Of a stretch of 64,000 nucleotides of DNA, positions 58,149 through 64,000 are shown piece after piece. Each line of letters begins with the position of its first letter. Position 1 is the first letter of the stretch. Source of the stretch: a bacterium (GTDB lineage Bacteria > RBG-13-61-14 > DATKZS01); NCBI GenBank assembly GCA_963674965.2, contig CAXXFL010000001.1, positions 128,001 to 192,000 on the forward strand. The letters are read 5' to 3'. The notes below the pieces were generated by a model that saw only the letters and a list, made by a program, of their open reading frames with translations, was not told the DNA's origin and did no database searches. The position numbers were made by a program, and so were the translations under genes.

Positions 58149-58898
58149 CTATTTCTTCAGGCCATGCAATACTTCTTGGAGGATGCCTTTAATTTCATCC
58201 TCTTCCAGAACGTCGAGATACTCGTCATCAAGCGCTTCCTTAGTTTTAGCGAAAAGATGTTTGTAACGGCTCGCAACTTCAGTATGATCTTCTAGCCAAT
58301 AGAGAAGCCCATATACTTCTTTGTAGTTCACCTCGTTATCTGCAAGTATGCCTTTGATTAATCCTGTAAATTCTGAGATGTCGGTTTCAACCGACTTTGA
58401 AAAATCTATTCCCGATTCTCCAATGAGGTTGAGAAATATTTTTGCACAAGTAACAGCATCCTCTCCGGCATCATGGTGTTGAAACGCCGGAAGGCCGAAA
58501 TGCTTCGCCAAGGTTTTCAATTTATGGTTTTTCAGATCGGGTAATTGTCTTTTTGCCATTGCGCACGTATCAATATATTCAAAGCATAATCCTATGTCAT
58601 AGTGATTAGAAAGCGCGTTTAAGACCTGTTTATCAAATATGCTATGGGCCACCAACTGATAGTTGAATATTTCTTCTATTGTCGGAAAGAGTTCTAAAAA
58701 ATTCGGTTTATCATTAGTGTGATCTTCCTTTATGCCGTGTATTTTAGATTGGAAGGAAGCATGGCCGCCAACCGGTTTCATTAGGAAACTTTTCGTTTCT
58801 AAGATTTCGCAATTTGAAACCTTAGCGTAGCCGATAGAACAGGCGCTAACTCTTTGCGGGTTTGCAGTTTCGAAATCGACTGCAACGAATTCTTTCAT
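58149..58898 (-). CDS. DEDDh 3'-5' exonuclease (DnaQ-like) with extra C-terminal helical domain
   Basis: AVDFETAN, IHGI, LVAHSIFD, IDT and HHDAGEDA. Confidence 0.88.
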   Translation of the reverse strand: MKEFVAVDFETANPQRVSACSIGYAKVSNCEILETKSFLMKPVGGHASFQSKIHGIKEDHTNDKPNFLELFPTIEEIFNYQLVAHSIFDKQVLNALSNHYDIGLCFEYIDTCAMAKRQLPDLKNHKLKTLAKHFGLPAFQHHDAGEDAVTCAKIFLNLIGESGIDFSKSVETDISEFTGLIKGILADNEVNYKEVYGLLYWLEDHTEVASRYKHLFAKTKEALDDEYLDVLEEDEIKGILQEVLHGLKK

Positions 58899-59060
58899 CT
58901 GTTTCTCCTACATGTAAATCCATTTACTGCAGAAAGATTAGCATCAAAATATTCTTTTAGTTTTTTCTCGTGCTCTTTCTTCCTTGAGATGAGCCCTCCA
59001 GGTTATCTGTCGGTAGTTGGCCTCCCGACAGACTTCTCTTAAGTTTACCTTTCCGAGTTC

Positions 59061-59090
59061 AATCTACATAAGTCTAGACCTGCTTGTCAA
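59061..59090 (-). promoter_or_regulatory. sigma70-like promoter upstream of the exonuclease unit
   Basis: TTGACA-18 nt-TAGATT on the minus strand. Confidence 0.55.
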
Positions 59091-59100
59091 GTTCTTCCGC

Positions 59101-59139
59101 GGGTGGCCCGGATAGCTTTGCTATCTGGGCGCCGAAGGC
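59101..59139 (+). repeat. REP-like palindromic repeat, copy 1
   Basis: GGGTGGCCCGGATAGCTTTGCTATCTGGGCGCCGAAGGC; internal hairpin CCCGGATAGC-TTT-GCTATCTGGG. Confidence 0.9.
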
Positions 59140-59187
59140 GCGGGAAAGGGGCGACGGCCCGCCGGGCGCGTGCATGTCAATCCAACG

Positions 59188-59226
59188 GCTTCCGCCGCGC
59201 GGATAGGCGAGCTATCCGCGCCACCC
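59188..59226 (-). repeat. REP-like repeat, inverted variant
   Basis: reverse complement reads GGGTGGCGCGGATAGCTCGCCTATCCGCGCGGCGGAAGC. Confidence 0.75.
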
Positions 59227-59249
59227 ATGATCGCGGCCTGGCGAGGAAG

Positions 59250-59288
59250 GGGTGGCCCGGATAGCTTTGCTATCTGGGCGCCGAAGGC
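59250..59288 (+). repeat. REP-like palindromic repeat, copy 2
   Basis: identical to the 39 nt at 59101-59139. Confidence 0.9.
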
Positions 59289-59485
59289 CGGCGGAAAGAT
59301 GGGGTCGCGAGAGGGCGGGGCGGAATACCCATCCCGCCGCGCGGGACCCGCGAGGCTTCTTCGCAACCGGACGGGACGCCCGTCTCGCTCAATTGACTTT
59401 TGATTATATAGTATGCCATGCTATATCTTACAATTTGGTATCCGCAAGTCTTTAAAATGGTCGGTCCAGAGTCAAGGAGGTCAAA

Positions 59486-59878
59486 ATGGACGCAAATGAA
59501 TTAACGGAAATATTTGTAAAGTATTACAGATGGTCGGAAGAACCGGTTAAACTTGCCTTGCGAGCCCGTTTCAAATGTGAATATTGCGGCCGAGATTTCC
59601 TGGCCTCCGCCAATGATTACGATTCTTGGCAGGTGGACCATATAATCCCCACTTCTAAAGGCGGCGGCGATGAATTCGACAACAAAGCGGCTTCATGTAA
59701 GACCTGTAATTTTATCAAAAAGAACTGGCTGCCCGATGATTTTTCTCAACTGACAAGGAAGGAGAAAATAGAAAGAGTCAAGCGGTTCATCGCCTCAAAA
59801 AGGGCCATAAAAGAAAATGAGGTCATGGAAATGAGAGAAGCGGTTGAAGATTTACTGTGGGGTAAAATAAACGCTTGA
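59486..59878 (+). CDS. HNH endonuclease
   Basis: CEYCG...VDHIIP..KGG...N...SCKTCN..K; AGGAGG RBS. Confidence 0.88.
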   Translation: MDANELTEIFVKYYRWSEEPVKLALRARFKCEYCGRDFLASANDYDSWQVDHIIPTSKGGGDEFDNKAASCKTCNFIKKNWLPDDFSQLTRKEKIERVKRFIASKRAIKENEVMEMREAVEDLLWGKINA

Positions 59879-59903
59879 GTAAACTTTCGAGTGGGCTAAT
59901 CGC

Positions 59904-59938
59904 GGCCCGGATAGCTTTGCTATCTGGGCGCCGAAGGC
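59904..59938 (+). repeat. REP-like palindromic repeat, copy 3
   Basis: 35 nt identical to the core of copies 1 and 2; lies between convergent genes. Confidence 0.9.
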
Positions 59939-59976
59939 TGTGTGGCGCATACGGTTTTTCCAAAAACCGCGGGCTT

Positions 59977-60243
59977 CTAGATATATTCCTTAGGAACGGC
60001 TTTAAGTTGTTCCTCAACTGTCCAGTCATCAGGTTTCTCCTTTTCGTGAAACCATTTAGCTCCATCATTAATCCATTTTTCACGATATTGTATAATCCCA
60101 TTAATGGTTGAATCTTCATAACCAAATTCAACTCCACAACATGAAAAGATAATATAGGTCGGACTCCGGCCATCTTCTCCCCAAATCGGTTCTCCCTGGT
60201 CAAGGCCACATACTCTGCATCTGTTTTTATCATTAATTGGCAT
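59977..60243 (-). CDS. small Cys-containing protein (CPCC-like, immunity-protein-like)
   Basis: CRVCG...WGEDG..P.Y.IFSCCGVEFGYED...YREKW...GAKWF...KPDDW. Confidence 0.65.
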   Translation of the reverse strand: MPINDKNRCRVCGLDQGEPIWGEDGRSPTYIIFSCCGVEFGYEDSTINGIIQYREKWINDGAKWFHEKEKPDDWTVEEQLKAVPKEYI

Positions 60244-60407
60244 TGAAAGACTCCGTTGAAAGAAAATCCCCCTAACCCACCCTCTTTGCTCCCCTATATA
60301 GCGGCTATCTAGGCTATCCGGTATCCGGCACATTGCGCCTGCCGTGCGGAGTACCCATCCCGCGACGGGGGGCGGTTTTTTGCAAAATCGTCCGGGGCAT
60401 TACCCCG

Positions 60408-62075
60408 TCACCTCATAATCTTCTTATTGACCTTACCCACCGAGGTGAGGGGGATGGCGTCCACGAACTCGATTATCTTGGGCACCTTGTAGGGCGCGAG
60501 CTTTTCCCGGGCAAAGGCCAGTATCTCGCCCTTGACCTCGTCGTCGGGCTTGTCCTTGTAGGCAGGGCTTTTCTGGACCACCAGCTTCACCACCTCCGAG
60601 TCGGGACGCTCGGGGTTGGGAAGGCCCACGATGGCGCACATGCCGATGGCCGGGTGCTTGTAAAGCTTGTCCTCCACCTCGGAGGAAAACACCTTGTAAC
60701 CGCCAACGATCAGCATGTCCTTGGCCCGGTCCACGATGTGAACGAAACCGTCATCATCCATCCGCCCCACGTCGCCCGTGTGCATCCAGACCTTGCCGTC
60801 CCGCTCGCGAAGGGCGTTCTTGGTTTCCTCGGGACGGTTTAAGTAGCCCTTCATCACCTGCGGGCCCGAGCATATCAGCTCGCCCTCCTGGCCGATGGGC
60901 AAATCGGTCGCGCCGTCCTCCAGATCGACCACCTTGACCATGGTGTTGGGCAGGGGCAGGCCCACCGAGCCCACGCGGGATGGCTTCAGCGCCGGGTTGA
61001 CGGTGATGAGGGGGCTGGTCTCGGTCATGCCCCATACCTCGACCATCTTGTCCTTGCCCACCACGCTCTCCAGGTCGATGATGCCCTCGACGGGGAAGGG
61101 CGCGGCGCCGGAGAAGCAGTTCTTCACGCTCGAGAAATCGAGCTTCCTGAACTCGGGCCGGGCCAGGAGCATGAGGAAGAGGGACGGCACGTTGGCCAGG
61201 AAGCTGGGCCGGTATTTGTCGAACTCGGCGATGATGTGGTCCGTGTTGCGCGGGTCGGGTATAAGGGCCTGGGTTGCGGCCCAGGACAGTCCGCACATGG
61301 CCACGAAGAGCCCGGCCATGTGGAACATGGGGAAGCCGGAGATGAACATCTCCTTGCCCCGCTCGACGTGCATCCATACCTCGAACTGGTTGACGTTGGC
61401 CACCATGTTCGAGTGGGAGAGGAGGGCGCCCTTGGCCGGTCCCGTGGTCCCGCCCGTGTACTGGATGAAGCAGGTGTCCTGTCCGGCCAGCCTGGCGTCG
61501 GGAGGGGCGGAGTCGGCGTCCTTCACCGCCTTCATGAAGGGGACGACCTCCTTGCCCGGGTAAGGCCTGCCCGCCGGGAACTCGGTCGCGCCGGGCAGGG
61601 CGTCTCCCATCCCGGTAATGAGGACCATTTCCACGCCGGGGGTCTTGTCGCTTACGGGGGTGAACTTGGCGTCCAGGAGGAGGTCGAGGGTGAGCATGAC
61701 CTTGGCCCCGCAGTCGTTGAGCTGGTAGGCCACCTCGTCGGGCATGAGCAGGGGCGCCAGGCCGGAAACGGCCATGCCCGCTCGCAGGGCGCCCAGTATG
61801 GCGATCAGGTACTGGGGCGAGTTCGGGAGGTTAATGGCCAAAACGTCGCCCTTGCCCAGGCCCTTCCCCGCCAGAAACGCGGCGAACCGGCCCGAAAGCT
61901 CGGCCAGCTCGGCAAAGCTGGTGCTCGAGCCCATGTAATGGTATGCCGCCCGGTCCGGATATTGCGCCGCCGCCTCGAGCAGGTAGTCCTTCAGCGACGC
62001 GTCCGGAATATCCAGATATCCCTTCACTCCCTCGTCGTAAGACTTAAGCCACGGTCTCTCGTCATAAGCGCTCAT
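60408..62075 (-). CDS. long-chain fatty-acid--CoA ligase (AMP-forming)
   Basis: QYTGGTTGPAKG, WGMTETSP, GPQVMKGY, HTGD, DRAKD and VGKV. Confidence 0.93.
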   Translation of the reverse strand: MSAYDERPWLKSYDEGVKGYLDIPDASLKDYLLEAAAQYPDRAAYHYMGSSTSFAELAELSGRFAAFLAGKGLGKGDVLAINLPNSPQYLIAILGALRAGMAVSGLAPLLMPDEVAYQLNDCGAKVMLTLDLLLDAKFTPVSDKTPGVEMVLITGMGDALPGATEFPAGRPYPGKEVVPFMKAVKDADSAPPDARLAGQDTCFIQYTGGTTGPAKGALLSHSNMVANVNQFEVWMHVERGKEMFISGFPMFHMAGLFVAMCGLSWAATQALIPDPRNTDHIIAEFDKYRPSFLANVPSLFLMLLARPEFRKLDFSSVKNCFSGAAPFPVEGIIDLESVVGKDKMVEVWGMTETSPLITVNPALKPSRVGSVGLPLPNTMVKVVDLEDGATDLPIGQEGELICSGPQVMKGYLNRPEETKNALRERDGKVWMHTGDVGRMDDDGFVHIVDRAKDMLIVGGYKVFSSEVEDKLYKHPAIGMCAIVGLPNPERPDSEVVKLVVQKSPAYKDKPDDEVKGEILAFAREKLAPYKVPKIIEFVDAIPLTSVGKVNKKIMR

Positions 62076-62098
62076 GATTGTCCCCCTTCTAAATTATT

Positions 62099-63058
62099 TC
62101 ATTCGACCGCCCCGTATTGGCGGAGCAAGTCAACGACGTCATCATGGTTATATTTTAGGGCCAGCCCCAATGGCGTTGCGCCCGTCTTGTTTTTCAACGT
62201 TAGATCCGCCCCGTTAAGGATTAGCAAATGGGCCATGTTTTTATGTCCGTTAATTGTCGCGCAATGTAATGGCGCGTAATTGCGAATATCTTTCGCGTTC
62301 ACCCCGGCTCCATAAGCCAATAAAGATATCGCGATCTGATCTAGCCCCTCATATGCCGCTAAATGTAGGGGCGTTAAATCCTTATTGTCTTTCACGGTTG
62401 CTTCCGCGCCATGGCTCAGTAAAATCTTCACGGCTTCATGCTTTCCAAGAGAAACCGCAAAATGTAATGGTGAGTTTCCGTCTTCGTCCCTGCAGTTCAA
62501 ATCGTCGCTATTAATAATAATCAGCTCGATCAGTTCATTGTCCCCGGATCCCGCGGCAAAATGCAAAGCCTTCATGTTGCCGAAGTCAACCTCATTGACG
62601 CCGGCTCCTTTTTCAATTAGTAGAGCGCTAACTTCGTAGTTATTTCCACTCACGGCGCCTTGCAGAGAGGTACCTCCGAAAATTTTATCGTGGGCGTTTA
62701 TCTTTGCTCCATTTTCCAGCAACAGCTCCACTATCTCCTTATTGCCCTCCACGGAGGCAATATATAGCGCCGTAACCCCTGATTCTTCCCACATGGCGTT
62801 TGCCAGGCTTGGGTCTTTTCCCAACAAAGATTTAACTTCCTCCAGATCTCCCTTTTTCACCTCCTCCATAAAGTCCTCAGAAGGGTTGGAGCAATTAGCT
62901 CCAAATAACGCGCAAGTCAGCGCGAGAACCAAAAGGAGCCGCCCGCATATCGACGGAGGAACATGTATTATAGGCGCTAAATTATTCTCTGGCGTGACCA
63001 TTGGCCGGAGATTACGGGCTTTTTCCCTGGCCACTTTCCACTTTTTACAATTGATCAT
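62099..63058 (-). CDS. ankyrin-repeat protein, probable lipoprotein; start uncertain
   Basis: about 7 repeats of (T/S/A)(P/A)LH.A...G....V..LL..GA.VN; hydrophobic stretch ending FGANC; lower GC. Confidence 0.85.
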   Translation of the reverse strand: MINCKKWKVAREKARNLRPMVTPENNLAPIIHVPPSICGRLLLVLALTCALFGANCSNPSEDFMEEVKKGDLEEVKSLLGKDPSLANAMWEESGVTALYIASVEGNKEIVELLLENGAKINAHDKIFGGTSLQGAVSGNNYEVSALLIEKGAGVNEVDFGNMKALHFAAGSGDNELIELIIINSDDLNCRDEDGNSPLHFAVSLGKHEAVKILLSHGAEATVKDNKDLTPLHLAAYEGLDQIAISLLAYGAGVNAKDIRNYAPLHCATINGHKNMAHLLILNGADLTLKNKTGATPLGLALKYNHDDVVDLLRQYGAVE

Positions 63059-63427
63059 TTTGGAGATGCCTACACAATTGTTGGTCCACCGACATGATCG
63101 GCCACCGCCAGACGCCCCCGTATAAATGGCCACCTGATCCAAATTTCCGATTGGAGTTGCCCCGGAATCACGCCGAGATTATCGCGTCCAGAATTTCGAG
63201 CTTTATTCAATTGGACTTTCAGTCACTCGCGATTATCCGGCATTTCCGGACGGAGCGGTTTCTCCTAAACCGGACAAGACCTTCCTGGGCGGGCCATATG
63301 TCCCTTGGGCGACTATATCAGGATTGGAATGTTCTTGGAAATCGCGGCCGGGTGGCGCGTCTATGAGCAAGCCCGTCAAGTCGGGCAAGGGATTTAAGCG
63401 GAACGTCCCAGCCATCTATCCGACGCT

Positions 63428-63467
63428 GGTGGCACGGATAGCCTATTCGCGCGGCGAAAGCGCGGGA
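63428..63467 (+). repeat. degenerate copy of the REP-like repeat
   Basis: GGTGGCACGGATAGC(4-nt gap)CTATTCGCGCGGCGAAAGCGCGGGA aligns with copy 1 including its GCGCGGGA flank. Confidence 0.6.
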
Positions 63468-63729
63468 TCGAATTACAAATAATCCAACGGGTACTCAGGG
63501 TAGACCCTGGTGGGTCAATCCTGGGCTACTATATTCAGCCCCTTCGGGACTGAGGGAAATGGAATGAATAAGGCGCCGATATTATTGCCGGCAATTATGA
63601 AACGCCGCGGTCCCCGCAAAATACGCCGGGATTTGGGGATTGAAGAGATCGGCAAGTGAAGCGGCTTTCCCGGCCAAAGATATCATTTGGATTCAGGCGC
63701 GAGAATAATCATCCGGCGTGACTTGGTTG

Positions 63730-63792
63730 AACCAACCAGGCTTGGGCCGGGAGGGGATTGCCCTTTGCCCGGCCCAGGCTTGGTTTGGTTTT
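63730..63792. terminator. long inverted repeat downstream of the last gene (possible terminator)
   Basis: AACCAACCAGGCTTGGGCCGGG...CCCGGCCCAGGCTTGGTTTGGTT. Confidence 0.5.
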
Positions 63793-63798
63793 CAGTCT

Positions 63799-63999
63799 TT
63801 AAAACTCGATCAGGAGCCGGCCGTAGGTCTCGAGGGCCGTGTCTCCCTCGTCGTCCTCTCCGTAGGCCACCTGCAGGGCGACGGAGGCGTTCTCGAATAT
63901 GACCGCCCCGGCGAAGGCGTTCCAGGCCGCGTATCGCGTGGGAGTAAGGGAGGGGTCGGCCTCGTTGGCCCCGAGCCAGTCCAGGCCGCTTATCTGGTC
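63799..63999 (-). CDS. C-terminus of a probable outer-membrane beta-barrel protein (partial; missing from the ORF track)
   Basis: open frame DQISGLDWLG...SVALQVAYGEDDEGDTALETYGRLLIEF* ending in a Phe beta-signal. Confidence 0.65.
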   Translation of the reverse strand, partial: DQISGLDWLGANEADPSLTPTRYAAWNAFAGAVIFENASVALQVAYGEDDEGDTALETYGRLLIEF

Positions 64000-64000
64000 G

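Noticed and set aside
59101-59938. CRISPR array (35-39-nt palindromic repeats)
   Set aside because: Spacing is irregular (110 nt, then more than 600 nt containing a gene), one copy is inverted, and no cas genes are present.
57050-60340. Integron cassette array
   Set aside because: No RYYYAAC/GTTRRRY attC boxes seen, genes are in mixed orientation, and there is no integrase.

Overview
This is a high-GC bacterial chromosome segment whose gene content resembles Deltaproteobacteria in the broad sense (Desulfobacterota/Myxococcota-like; inferred). The housekeeping backbone comprises alaC-like aminotransferase-hom-thrC, rpsO-pnp, yicC-gmk-rpoZ-spoT-(blc)-mgtE-recO, a heptose kinase, copZ-copA, a DinG/YoaA helicase and acyl-CoA ligases, plus many envelope and secreted proteins. 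The best candidate for an undescribed system is at 23930-26772 (minus strand). There, a radical SAM/SPASM enzyme sits 14 nt upstream of a Tat-type lipoprotein with a 7-bladed WD40 propeller, an unusually long pre-RR leader and a C-terminal tail with 9 Cys (...PCD...KCTCDCIP...GCSCDTICTCIPVYF). This looks like a RiPP-like core fused to an exported protein. Other notable items are two lidless Hsp70 paralogs with dedicated partners (a J-domain protein and a tandem PilZ protein), a tandem NTF2-like protein coupled to an exported M14 amidase, and an XamI-like restriction-modification pair. There is also a probable ATT start codon on a PAP2 gene and a low-GC gene cluster (57-63.5 kb) interleaved with REP/REPIN-like hairpin repeats. 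I recognised no rRNA, tRNA, CRISPR array, integrase or transposase. All family assignments come from motif recognition by eye, not database searches.
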